Below, piece after piece: positions 38,935 through 51,400 of a stretch of DNA of 64,000 nt. The DNA lies in contig NC_059429.1 in NCBI RefSeq assembly GCF_021028975.2, forward strand, positions 72,416,001 through 72,480,000. The letters are read 5' to 3'. A model generated the notes under the pieces. It saw only the letters and a list, made by a program, of their open reading frames with translations. It searched no databases and had not been told where the DNA came from. Source of the stretch: Sphaerodactylus townsendi (Eukaryota). The first letter of the stretch is position 1; each line of letters begins with the position of its first letter. The position numbers and the translations under genes are program-made.

Positions 38935-39755
38935 GTTAGATCAAAGGTGTCTTTATAGTACAGAGCGAGAATGGACAGATTCTAAAATTCATGTGTGTAG
39001 TAGCTAATATTTGTGAATCATTGACTGGGATCCTTTGGCCCCAAATCCTCCTCTAACGTACACTTTAGTTATGAACAAATCTTCCCCACTACTAAGTAAA
39101 CTCAAGTTCTGTTGAGTCAGGATGGAGCCTGCATTTTGGAAGACTGTTCAAAAAGTCTGGCAGATCCTTGCCAGCATATAATTCTCATGTACTCTCCCAT
39201 AATCCTCAGACTGTGGAGGAATGATCACAATTATTCTCTACCCCTCTCTGCCCCTGCTCCTTTCAACTTGAGGAGCAAGAACTAGTCAGTTTATCATTCT
39301 CAACTGATCTCCTTTTGCTTTTCAAAAAGACTGGCCCTTCCTGATTCTAGCCCCATTGGTGACTCCACCATTCAAGATTTCTCATGAGTTCAGCAATTCT
39401 CATGGGAAGCAGCTTCAGCTATGATTCATTTCTTCATTTCCTCACTCCTGGTTCAAGGCTGCCTTCCAGCTGATTGTCAGGAGCCTTGAGCCAGTCTCAG
39501 CCAGCCAGTGGAGCAGAATCCTTTCCCTAAAGGCATCCTTGGTGTGTTGCCATTTAGGTAAGCAAGTGCTTAAGGTGGGTTCCCAGGTCCCCTTGGAATC
39601 AGGAAGCCTGGGGGGAGGGCACTCAGCTTCCCAACTCAAGGGAAGCAGATAAGAACCAATGGTTAAGTTTTGGTGAAATGATTCAAAAATTGCCTGCCTT
39701 GCATTTTTACCTATAGACAAAATCTCTTTTTCTTCCACCTCCATCTTTCTTTTAG

Positions 39756-39957
39756 AAACTCAAACTATGAAACAGTGTGACGAACAAATAAAGCTGATCC
39801 TGGAGTCTCCTTGCCTTCCCCAGTGGCACAGATGTCTACTGCAGCAGCTGATCAGATATTTCTACAAACTGTGCCAGAATGCCAACAAGAGTCACCTCAC
39901 ACCCAGGGTGTTTGGAGAGGCCTTCAGTAAAGTACTTTTCAGACCATCCTTGTTAAG
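39756..39957 (+). CDS. PIK3R3: Internal coding exon (202 nt, phase 1-2) of the same p85-type subunit, BH/RhoGAP domain
   Basis: Long pyrimidine tract with AG at 39754-39755 and donor GTgaga at 39958. Translates (E)TQTMKQCDEQIKLILESPCLPQWHRCLLQQLIRYFYKLCQNANKSHLTPRVFGEAFSKVLFRPSLL(S), aligning to p85alpha [68 protein letters not shown]. Length equals the recalled 202-nt PIK3R1 exon, and it is in frame with 6450-6581. Confidence 0.92.
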
Positions 39958-40423
39958 GTGAGACTGTTGAGCTGTAATATTTATCAGACATGTTGCAGGA
40001 GTTGGTTGAGGTTCTTTTTTACTGCTCTGTGAGCAAATCAGCCCAACCTGAGCTATTCGAAAATCAGATTTTATTCCTGTCTGACAGTATGACAGACACC
40101 CTAAGTGAAATCCATTTACATGTCAGATAAGAAAACCTATTCTTTTCCACTTATTTAGCATGTGAAATAAATCCAACTGAAGAGACAGGGGAGGGGAGTC
40201 AAAACAATGGTGGTAAAGAAGGTGTATGGAATGGTTTCACATAAAAGTTACCAAATCACAAGGTTTGGCCATTGGAAAATTCTCTGGTAAGCTGTGCATA
40301 GAAAAAAGGTCAATATCGTATTGTCTCATAGGTCTCTGAATGCCATTTTCCATCTACCATCCCAGCAGAATTCAAGTACAAGACCCATTGCTTCTGTTAT
40401 TTTTTTTGTCTTTGTATTGCCAG

Positions 40424-40506
40424 CATGGATGTGAATTCTGAACATCATGTAGAGATTATTGAGGCTCTCATTGTAGCTGGTGGAGGGTCTGAGATCCAGT
40501 CCACAG
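40424..40506 (+). CDS. PIK3R3: Internal coding exon (83 nt, phase 2-1), end of the BH domain
   Basis: Acceptor ttttttttgtctttgtattgccAG and donor GTagga at 40507. Translates (S)MDVNSEHHVEIIEALIVAGGGSEIQST, matching p85alpha [26 protein letters not shown] (80-nt exon, same phases). Too short to appear in the ORF track. Confidence 0.85.
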
Positions 40507-40525
40507 GTAGGAAATCACTCTAAGC

Positions 40526-40671
40526 CCGTGGTGGCGAACCTTTGGCACTCCAGATGTTATGGACTACAATTCCCATGAGCCCCTGCCAGCATGGCCAATT
40601 GGTCGTGCTGGCAAGGGCTGATGGGAATTGTAGACCATAACATCTGGAGTGCCAAAGATTCGCCACCACTG
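40526..40671. mobile_element. Fully palindromic hAT-type MITE
   Basis: Arms of about 70 bp, near-perfectly complementary around ggccaattggtc; imperfect TSD ctctaagc/cttaagc. Confidence 0.9.
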
Positions 40672-43600
40672 CTTAAGCCATAGTGCTCCAAACACCATAG
40701 TCTAGCAATATTTAGGCTTTGGGGGCAGTATACAGCTGGTCTTTGCTGTGTAATTGATTGTAATCCTTTAACAAACATTTGATTTATTGCTCCTAGGGCT
40801 AATATGGGTCTTCAAAGAATGGAGAGAATGGAAAGTCTGCAGTGTGGCATGAGGGGTTCCCTGGTGTTTCATTAGCTGATTGGACAGCATTTGTGACAAG
40901 GATAGCTAATGGAATTTGTGAGACATAAAGTCTCATCACTGTTGCTAAATATATACGTAGGTGGTAGCAGTGATAAGGGATGTGAATGGCTTTGTCCCCT
41001 AGTATTAAGGGGCTTCCTGGCAGCTCCACAGCAACTTTATATGCTGTCAGGTCAGCCCTTGGAAGCTTGGAAAGCCCTTGGAAAGGAAATCCTTAAGATG
41101 GCTCCCAGTGAGAACAAGGAGAACATCTCGCATATTGCTAGCAAAAAGTTGGCTGCACATACTACAACATTAGTGTTGGTCTAATTTCATTTTTTTTTGT
41201 CCAAATATATGGACTACCAACATATGCAGAGAATTAGCAATGTATCTGCATCGTGATGTGTGCTCCAAGTGGATGGTGATTTGGGATGGGGTTGGGGATT
41301 TGTTTAGGTATTCAACGGAAGGTTCCTTGTCATGAAACATACACATTTCCACAAAAAATATCTGAAACTCCTGAAAATATATCTCAGCTCCTTAATGCAT
41401 TTTCAACACTGCTTTGTGTTGCCATTGACTCAGATTGGGAGGGGGAGAGAGACTCTTTCTCATCTCAAAATGCCTGCTTGCCCTGCATTCTCCAAGATTT
41501 TCAGACTGGTAGAGCACCTGATTCAATATTACATGGTTTTGCTAAAGAACCTCTTTTCACAGGCAGGTTTCTGAGAATTAGAGACAATGGGAACAGATGA
41601 CTCTTAGGGAATTCACTACCCAACTGTCTGCTCCTTGATTGCACAGTGATGCTGCCCTCTCACTTTCTGGTTTTCCAGAAGGCAGTCACCCTGCCTGGGG
41701 CAGGAATGGAAGATCCATCTTCGTCTCGCCTTCTTGACTTTGTCCGTAGTTGTTAGATTGATGTAGCTTGATTGGCAGCACAGCTGGCAGCTGGGGACCA
41801 TTTAATTGCTCTTCAGGGAATCACTGAGGTGATGTTACAGGAATGCCTTTGGTGTGGGTTGACTTTGGGAAGAGTCCAGCATACAGAAGGAAAGGGGAAG
41901 GGAAATTGTGTTGCTGTATTTTCCAGCACACTGTTTGCTCACATGAGGTTTATTGGCAGCAGGGATGACTCCTGATACTGTTTGTGTTTGTTTGCATTTG
42001 TCCTCTGACCAACAAGGTTATGGACAGGTAGTTCTTGAGGCACCAGAAGAGGATTGGATTGAGATCATTCCCAATGAACACTCCAAATCCTGAAGCCACA
42101 ATGATTCTCTGTTTTGCTGGAGAAGAAGTTTATCAGTTTAGGGATGACTTTCAGATGTACCTAACGAACTTGCTTGACCTCTGAATTTCTGATGAGCAGT
42201 TCCAACACACAAAAGTCTTTTCTAAATGCTTAAAGACGCAAATTTAGCTAGACCAAATCATTCTGTTTGAATACAGTGGAGTAGTATGTTAAGAAGGTAT
42301 TCCTATGTCCAGCAGGATCTAGTGAATGGCACCAATTACTTTCATACAGCTATTTGTTACTAGTAAAAGCAGAAAAATCAGTACAGCGCAAACAGAAAGA
42401 AAAAAGAACTACTGGATAATAATCTGTTGTCATTGGTGTATTTTGTTCCATACCTACTAATAGTTTTTATTATTGTTTAATTCTCTTTTGGTCTATATTA
42501 TTAATTTATTGTGACCAAGATGAATATATTAAACACTTTGTAGATTTGTGATGCAATAGACTACATTACAGACAAGCTCTCAGATGAAGAGCAGATGTAA
42601 TGTTTGCTGCTGAAACTTTGTAAAATATTGTCACAGGAGACTAATACATGGGAAAAATATACACCACTGAATATTACTGAACATTTACAACAGCTGAATT
42701 AAGAATGGCTGCTGCCTAAGGTTTCAATTTTCTGCTGATGTTCCACAGAATCTCTTCCTTCCTTGTACCCACTTATGGAATATTTTGTAACTCTCTTCTC
42801 CTGCTCCCCAGTTGCAGCTCCATTTGTCCTACGGATCGCAGCCATGAATAAAGGAACAGCGTTTCAGTCCCATGGATCACAAAAACATTGGTGCTCTGCT
42901 TCTTCTACTGCTTCTCTAAAATTTGGGGTAACCAGATAGCCCTGAGGGACTTCTGTGATAATGCAGATGCCTTTGAGCTGATCTCCCATTTTCTGGTTGG
43001 AAGGCTGTATAGAGGACATCTGGAGAGCAGCAGGTTGCAGACCCCTGGAAGAATTGCAGCCAATTCTCATATCATGACACCAAAAAGAGGTCTTTTACAG
43101 CGGTCTTACTATTTCCTATTATTTTACTGTATGGGGGTTGGGGAAATTCCATTCAAGCACAACCTGGCAAGATTGTATTAGCCAGGAAGGACAAGGATCT
43201 ATTTTGCAAATGGTGGTCTTCACAACTCCAAAGAACCTTCTCTTCAAAAAGAAAAAGCCACTTTTAAACTATTGATACAAAATGGACGCATGGATGCTTT
43301 CAATAGTTAAGACAATTCCACCTTGTGCATTAAGGAAATATATTCAAATTCATGGCTTCACAAGTGTTTCTATTTTAACAAGTCCAGGAAAAGGGGCAAC
43401 TTTATTGTATGGGATTTTCTGTGTCCTTCCCAAGATGGACTGTCTCTGGCATCAACTGTTATTGTATTTTCATATTAAACTTTTTAAGTGATTGAGGGGA
43501 AAATACGAAATTTCCCAACACAATCTGTCTGAGAATGAGCTAGAATCTAGAAGGCCCTGTGTTCAAATATGTATATTGATAGAACAGAAGAGACAGATTC

Positions 43601-44858
43601 TCAGTTGTTTTTTATATATGAGTTTACTAACTATAAGGGAGGGTTACATGGAGATAAAATAAGAAATCCTTTCTTTCCTATTACACATCTACATTACTGT
43701 ATGTCTGGTTAGAACTTGTTACCTATCTGCTGTCTCATATGATGTTTCTACCTTGTGTCTGCTCAAATAAACAGAGTTACCATAACTTTATATCTTTGGA
43801 TGTATGTGCTCGCTAATACATAAGCAGTGGCTATCTGACTGATCAATAGCTATTCAACAGATCAGGTCATAATCAATGACTTCAGCAGCTTGTTTACATG
43901 TGAAAAGTTAACCCTTTTAGAACTGAGTTGTGACAGACACTTGCAAAATCCTAACAAAATCTTGTCTCTGTGACAAACTAAATGGGTGATTTTGGTTTCT
44001 GAAGAATTGGGGGGGGGGTGATAATGGCTATATTACAGGGTACGCCAAATAAATGTATGGGCGTTTTTGCACACACTGTTTGTTGCAGATCCAGCATGTG
44101 AGTTCGTTGCTGTTTCCCACATTTGTTTGCACACACTTAAGCCGAAATGTGTCCCGACCCCCCTTCTGTGCCACATTCCAGCCGTTGTTCCACATTTTTC
44201 CAGTCGCTCGATACTTCTGCAACTTTCTTGGAAAAACCGGTTTCCCCCCACAATCTGGTGGCTAGGTCATGAAACAAATCTATAGATATAGCGACAGTCA
44301 AATTGGCAACCCACAGTGTGACGTGATTTGATCCAGCCAATGGGAACGCGATTGGGCTTGCCGGTTGCGCGCGCACATCCCATTGTTCCGCTTGAGTCTC
44401 ACTCGACTCCCTCCCCTCCTCGCATTCGGTTGTGTGTGCCTGATAGCTCGAGCTACCAAGTCCCCATGGCACCGTTGCTTTGATACATTTGCAACACGGT
44501 GGCTCATTCAGTCGTTTCGCCTCCGTTAACACGGTAGCTCAACAGCCCGTCCACGGAAATGGGATGGGAAGCAATTTGGAAGCCCGCCCCCGGACGGCCC
44601 CATGATGGTGCAACAGCCAATCAGAGCGGTTGTTTGCGCCGCATTCCTGGGTGATGCAGAAACCCGGGAGTTGCAAAGCAGGCAGAAGATGTGTGACTAC
44701 CTGGCCATGTGTGAATGCCATCAAGCAACGAAACTGCATCAAAAAGGTCAGGAATCAATGCGGTTTGCTTTTATTCTAGAATAAATTGTCCTTCTCATCA
44801 CAGTCCGCAACCCACACAGATATCCATGCAGGTCCAATAATCCCCAGCATAGCCTTTT

Positions 44859-45188
44859 GGGTGCAGCAGTGGCATAGTGGCTAAGAGCAGGTGCACTGTG
44901 ATCTGGAGGAACTAGGTTTGATTTCCAGCTCTGCAGCTTGAGTTGTGGAGGCTTATCTGGGGAATTCAGATTAGCCTGTGCACTCCCACACACACCAGCT
45001 GTGTAACCTTGGGATAGTCACAGATTTTCGGAGCTCTCTCAGCCGCACGCACCTCTCAGGGTGTTTGTTGTGAGGGGTGAAGGGCAAGAAGGTTGTAAGC
45101 CCCTTTGAGTCTCCTACAGGAGAGAAGGGGGATATAAATCCAAACTACTCCTCCCCCTTTTCTTCCTCCTCCTCCTCCTCCTCTTCTT
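44859..45188 (+). mobile_element. Squam3-type tRNA-derived SINE
   Basis: Pol III A box TGGCATAGTGG (44870-44880), B-box-like GGTTTGATTTCC, typical body and (TCC/TCT)n tail; cttttggg(g)tg on both flanks. An older copy lies at about 47380-47520. Confidence 0.85.
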
Positions 45189-45268
45189 TTGGGGTGGTCA
45201 AATGGAATCCCTCTTTCCCTTTTCAATTCACATTATTATATGGTGCTGTCTTGGTTTTTAGTATAAGG

Positions 45269-45506
45269 CAGGGGTGGGCAATTATTTTTTCCATGGGGCC
45301 GCATAAGAAACAGAAAATATTGTGGAGGGCCGGCCAAAAGGCAGGGGGCCGAGGCGCTTTTGAAAGCCCCGCAGAAGCTGGCAGCCAAGGCAACCGGCTT
45401 CTGCGGGCCTTTCAAAGACACCTCGCTCCCCAGCACGGCAGGGGGGCCAGTCAGGGTCATCTGGCGGGCCGGATATGGCCTGCGGGCCGTATAATGCTTA
45501 GGTCTG
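45269..45506. mobile_element. hAT MITE
   Basis: CAG...CTG ends; perfect 8-bp TSD gtataagg at 45261-45268 and 45507-45514. Confidence 0.85.
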
Positions 45507-45789
45507 GTATAAGGTAACCCTTTCCATTCCACAACGGAACTGTCCAGAGTGCGAATCCCGCTGTCCATGAGGCTGGTTGACACGCACAGTCCTGGCTTGG
45601 GTAAGGCAGAACTGGGGCAAGGAGGCTATCCCAGTCAGGCAGCAGAGGCAGGGTGGTGAGATGCTCAGATTGAGGCCAGCTCCCTGGGTTCTTAAAGGGC
45701 CACGTGCAAAAGAACCGGAGCCGGTAGTGTTGGTTTGCCCCCACCCCGCGGATTTTCTTAGAAGAAAAAGGCAAACTCCAGCTTGCTTT

Positions 45790-46340
45790 TAGTAAAAGAG
45801 AGCTGTGGCGAATATGGGTGAGGAAGTGGGTAAGTGGTGGTTGGATGTGAGGGAGGGCAGAGTGAGGTGTGTGATGATGTGCTGGATGTGGATGAGAGTA
45901 TGTGTGTTGTGTGGTAGTAGTGGGTGAGGCACAGAGAGTGAAAGTTACCTGCGTGTGTGGGGGGGGGAACCCGACCTGACGTCTCACACGGCAAAGTGTG
46001 TATGTGTTTCACTTCCACTCGTATTACCTAACAGTATTACCTATTTACTGTTTTCACTGCTCATCTCTGGCCATCTCTGCGAACATTCTAAGGGCATACC
46101 AAGGCCTCAGGCCTCAGACAGGCTGCACGAACATTCTAAGGGTGACAGTTAAACAGAGCCAGCTTCATGGCCTGGTGCGCCAGGAAAAAGATGTTTTACC
46201 TGGCTCAGATATGGACTTTTGGCGATTTGAAGGTCCGATTACCTGCCCGCAACAGGGAGGGACGTCATGTGAAAATTGGGGGGCGATCCGTCCAGCCATT
46301 TCGGCTTTAGGGAGTCACCAACAAATGGATGGTTACTCTG
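45790..46340 (-). mobile_element. Second, related Helitron copy (boundaries approximate)
   Basis: The reverse complement matches 35765-35964 and 36357-36440. Confidence 0.7.
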
Positions 46341-48274
46341 CATATCATCTGTATTTATAAAAAGCTAACATTATGTCAATGTTTAGTGTGATTATTATTT
46401 CACCTGAGCAAGTCTTTCTGCATATTGCAGAGAAAAACAATATAAAAACATTTTAAATTAGTTAATGAAAAAATAAAATCCTCTTCCTCTTCCTTGATAT
46501 GGGGAGATAATATCTTTCTGCTGAGGCTAAAGCAGTCATAGTGCAAACATAGCACTAAGAGGAAAGTGCAGTTTGTTAATTGTTTTCGGAGACCTGGAGA
46601 TTCATTCAGTCTCTCCTCTTAATCATCCTGTGGCCATGTAATGTGCACATATGTGTCTTCTGGTAAATTCTCATAAATCAAACCTACCACCCTCTAATTC
46701 ACATTTATTGCTCTACTCAGAGCCAATCAATTAAGCAATGTCATTGTGTGTCTTTTATCTTTGATTCAACCATGTGTTAGGAAATCATAGTCCCTTTTTT
46801 CTGGTATGTTATTAAACTTGAAATCTGGTTGAGAGACATCACCAGATTCTAGGTCTAAATATGAACTATTCTGATGACTACATTTGCCAGGAAATATGCT
46901 CAAAACATGCACTAGGAAACAAAAGGAATAAATCAGGTTTCCTTTTACAGTACACTGAAGATGACTTGGTAAAAAATGTCAATTGGAGAAAAATGCATTT
47001 ATTAAAATGTTACTGAACTTTGGTACTTCCTATCAAAGGTTATTTTACCCAGAAAAAAATGTAATTACAACTTAATTTCTCTGCAAGTTAGATTATAGTT
47101 TCCTGTGTCTTCTTCAAATGTTCATCACTGAGAGTGTATGTTTGTGTATATGCACATGGTGAGAATGTGCACAGTCTTGAAGAATACATTGCAGGAATCC
47201 TGAAAAGATTGCCCTAGACATATGTGGCCTTGTACAGAAGCTTGTGTGCACTCCTCATTTCCTTTGAAGCACAAGTCCCATGTTCCCTTACAAAGGCAAA
47301 TCTGTATTGCACAGGGAGCAGGAAAACAAATCCAGTGTCTTAATTTATTGGTTTATTTTTAACAACACTGAAAACTTATGGAGCAGTTAGAGTGTTGGAC
47401 TAGGATCTGGGAGAGCAATGATTGAATTGCCACTCTGCCATTGAAGCTTGCTGGGTCAAACTCACTGCAGGTTGTGCCATAAGTGATGTCACTGTTGTGA
47501 GCAAGCCTACCCCACCTCACCTTGGTAAGTCTCCTCATTGGTTGCTGATCTGACAAACCTGTTTGTAAAACCTTTGCGTAGGTCCAGCACTTCTACAGGC
47601 TACTAGCATTCAAATGAAAAAATGTCCCTCCTACTCTCACACAAAAATCTGCTGGTTCTGGGATCTTGTGTGTTAACTCCTTAAAAAGGCAGTACATATC
47701 ATTTTGAATGTGCTAAGTGGTGACTAGAATGTGTTTATGCACAGACACTTCTATCCCTGAGGCTGGGAATGAGATAGCGGACAGAGGAAATGGCCATCTA
47801 GACTCATAACAAATCACTCCTGGCTTTGTAGCTAACTTTACTGTGTGGCCTCAGCTTGCCCTGTTAACTTTCGGTATGGCTGAGTTATGGTATTTATCTT
47901 GTTTCCTTCAAATTGGTGTCATGGCCCTGGCTGGGAATGGATGGGGTCTGAAATTTAATAAAATAAAATAAAAAGGCCTCACTCCTTATTTGAAAGTATT
48001 TTTGTAGACCACGGATGGACACAGAGGTGCTATAAGAAGCTTGTGGTATTAATATTAGTGTTGTATTCTACCATCCTGCCCTGTTTTGCACATTTCCCCC
48101 TTTTCCCATAGTGATCTGTATCTTGTAATTATACATATGAAAATAGTTCTCTGTGAAAATACTATATAAATAGAGCCCATGGTGGTTGATGGTAAGAAAA
48201 ATGAGAATATGGCCTTTCTTTGACCCAAGTCTTCTTGAGACTCAGGTTTTTGCATTCTCTTTAATCACAGGAAA

Positions 48275-48483
48275 ATAAGGGGGAGGGGGTCTGGAGATCT
48301 TCCATTTCTACAAATGATCTCAAGATTACGGAGATCAGTTCCAGTGGAGAGAACGGCTGCTTAGGAGGGTGGGTTCTATGGCATCCTACCCTACTGATGT
48401 CCCTCCCTTCCTGAAACCCTGCCCTCCTCAGGCTGCAACACCAAAATCTCCAGGTATTTCCCAAATCCAGAGCTGGCAACCCT
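48275..48483 (-). mobile_element. Common dispersed non-autonomous DNA element (agggttgccag end); related pieces at about 32125-32235 and 5790-5970
   Basis: Shared motifs ccattttctcca..ggaactgatctc and ctggcaaccct. Confidence 0.5.
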
Positions 48484-51400
48484 ACAGGAAACAGACTACA
48501 GTTCTATGTTTGCTAAGGCTAGTAGGCCTCTTGCTTCTGACCCCATGCATTCACTCAAAGTGTCAATCTGGAGTAGTGGAGCTTGACCATGGATTCCTTT
48601 GTGTTCTTGAGAAAGTCACTGTCCTTCAGCTAAGTCATGCCCAGAGTTCTCTGTGTATTCCCCCCTTCAAATAATTCTGGGCTTATATGTACAACCAAAC
48701 TGATGTGTTGGGAATCTGAGTCATACTGATGTGCAGAACAATTGTGTGGTCATTTCTTCGCAAACATATGTGGCAACTAAATCCACTCAGATTAATTCAG
48801 ATCTGGTAGCCTTTGTGGTAGGTTGAGTTGCAAGCCAGGTAGATACTCAGTCACAACATAATCACTTTACCACATGTTGAATTCTGTATAGTGATGTTCA
48901 TGTTTTCAGCATATTGGGTAATGTCATATGATTTTGATACATGACCCTTTGCCCTGAACAAATGGAGGCCATGCACCACATTTAGTTGACTGCTGGGTCA
49001 CAAAAGTGCAGCAATACATCTAAATGTCTACCCACACTACTCAACTCCCATTTGAATCATTGCCAAAGTTATTGCTGAAGGAAGAAGAAATCTGCTAAGG
49101 GGAACTGATAAAAATACCAGCTTATGTAAATGTGAGTGACAGCATCTCTTCTCCTGGTGCTGTTTATAGCTACTTTAATTTACTCCCTTTGCTTTATTAT
49201 CTTTCCACAAGCTCTTCATCCCTTGCATTTAGCATCTCAATTGGCAGGAACAGCCAGCTGCATGATAGAGCAGGCTGTTTGTGATGCAGCAAAGACTGGC
49301 TGTGGTACAAATCATGAGGACGGTGGAGGGGGGGGGGAGAGAGATGGAGCAGGTCTGTGGGCCTCTAAGCGGAGATGGAGTTTGAGACCTGAAAAGATCT
49401 CTGTTAGGAGACCAGCTTGCTAGGTAAGCACAGCAGGAGCCATCAGGGAGCAAGGTGAGTAGCTCTGAATTAGCTGTTAATGAACCCACACTAAGCATGA
49501 CACAAGTGTTTCACACACAGCCACACCCATCATCCGGCTTCTGAAATCTGATTTAATGTCACGCAATTAATGTTAGCAGAGCTTTTAAAGAAAGAATTGT
49601 GCTTAAAGAAGAAGAATATCTTAGCCATCCAAACTCTTCCAAAGGCATTTTGTTGCAGCTCCTCACTTGTAAGGTATATTTCCTGTAAGGATAAGAATTA
49701 GTAAAACAGTTCTCTGTTGGGCACTAGGAATGTTCTACCGGGCTTCAGCTAGTGGTGCTGCTCAGAATGTTATTTGTTCTCAACTCTTGTGTGATGCTTC
49801 CAGTTACATAATCAGATTTTTTTAAGTTGCTTTATTTGCTTCCTGGCTGCAACTGGAATACAATCATCATTATAACAGGTCCCACAAAAAGATCCTTTAC
49901 TATCAATAAAATGAGAGGTAAAGAATCTTGTCTTCTGTTGACTCTTCATTATGGTAAACTGACCTCAAGAGACAGAAAAAATAGGACAGTACATGCCGTG
50001 ATGTCTTGAAATGTGTGTGGGGGGGTGTTTACTATTATTATTATTATAGTGGGGGACGGGAGATTAGATTTGGCTTTTTCTTTTTTCCTGTATGTGTTGT
50101 TTATATGGGTAAAATAAATTTAAAAATTTCTGTAAAAAATGAGAGGTTAGTGCCATTCTTTTTCCCCTTCCTTTTTCCTACAATCACACAAGATCTCCTG
50201 CCCTTTAGTTTCACTAGAATTTCCTTTCCTCCAACCCTCAAGAACTTTCTTCCTAGTCTCTCAAGACATCTGCAGAGCTTATTCCTATCCTTTATTTACC
50301 TGTATCTTCTTTTTCTTTATCACTGAGGAAAGGTCTAAAACATGGTTTCAAAGAAAAAGGGGCAAAGTTTTTTTTAAAGCCAAGAAAAAGGTCAAGGGGC
50401 AATAACTGGGAGCTCAAATGTAGTTAAAAGGTCTGTAGTAAGAGAAACACAGAAAAAAGATGGTAACTGTAATGCCCCTGTGGCAACCCACAATGATAGC
50501 ATTGTTGTGCTCCTGATACACAAATCTTCATACTCATGTATCCTAAACTTTCCTGAAATGCTTCTTCTCCGCATTTCAAGCAAGTATATGGATAAACTAA
50601 TTTCTCAAAGCATTGAATGCCCCCAGCATCAATCAGTGGAACAACAATGACCTTCAGAATGAAACCAGGGACTAAGTTGAAGATGCTCTTTTATTTCTTC
50701 ACTTAGAATTGAGTGGCATTATTTCTCAGGAAAAGTTCTGCGGAAGAACAGGACATTCCCACTACTGCCACATGTGAAGTGACAGTAGGTTGAATGGTAA
50801 CCGCACCCAACTATATGCATGCACACACATACCACTTCCCAGAAGAGATCCTGTGAGGTTATGGGCAACAGCTTCCCATCAGCCTTAAACATGCAACAGC
50901 TGCCTTTGTATATAATTCTAATTCAGCGCAGCTAGGAAAGGAAAGAGGCGGGGAGAGGACCGTGACTGATATGTGTTCCCGCTCTCTGAACAGATAGCTT
51001 TCAGTCATTATGGATGACACAAGCAAAGTTTTCATTGCCAAAAAATCCTGTGGTTTTCCCCACTAAAAGGCAGTGAAGCTTCCTTTGATACAAGTAAAAA
51101 CCGCAGGCATACTTTCATATATTTTCTCATGAGGATGCATGATCTCAAGAGTTTTCGAGTATGGCCTTTTCCTTATGCAAAGCTTACAACAGATTTTCCC
51201 AGTGTTCAAACCTTGAGTCTTGGAAATGTTTTCAGTGAAATAATTTCACAAACCTCCTTTCCCCCTTATTGTTTTGGGGTCCCCCCATCCCTCCTCAATA
51301 TTATTCCTGATGGTAGTGGGGTGTGATCCATGATGCAAAAGAACAACCCTCTTTTGCCCTGAAAACCCAATGGGTTGCTATAAATTGGCTGCAACGTGAA

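Noticed and set aside
6582-39755. Nested TSPAN1 or another neighbour gene on the minus strand
   Set aside because: No tetraspanin or other recognisable exon was seen in the frames examined.
44859-44935. tRNA gene
   Set aside because: The A and B boxes belong to a SINE head; there is no cloverleaf.
49211-49423. Possible exon ending TAG|gtaagc as a short-isoform first exon
   Set aside because: The required phase-1 frame has a stop 6 codons upstream of the donor, and there is no similarity to p55 N-termini.
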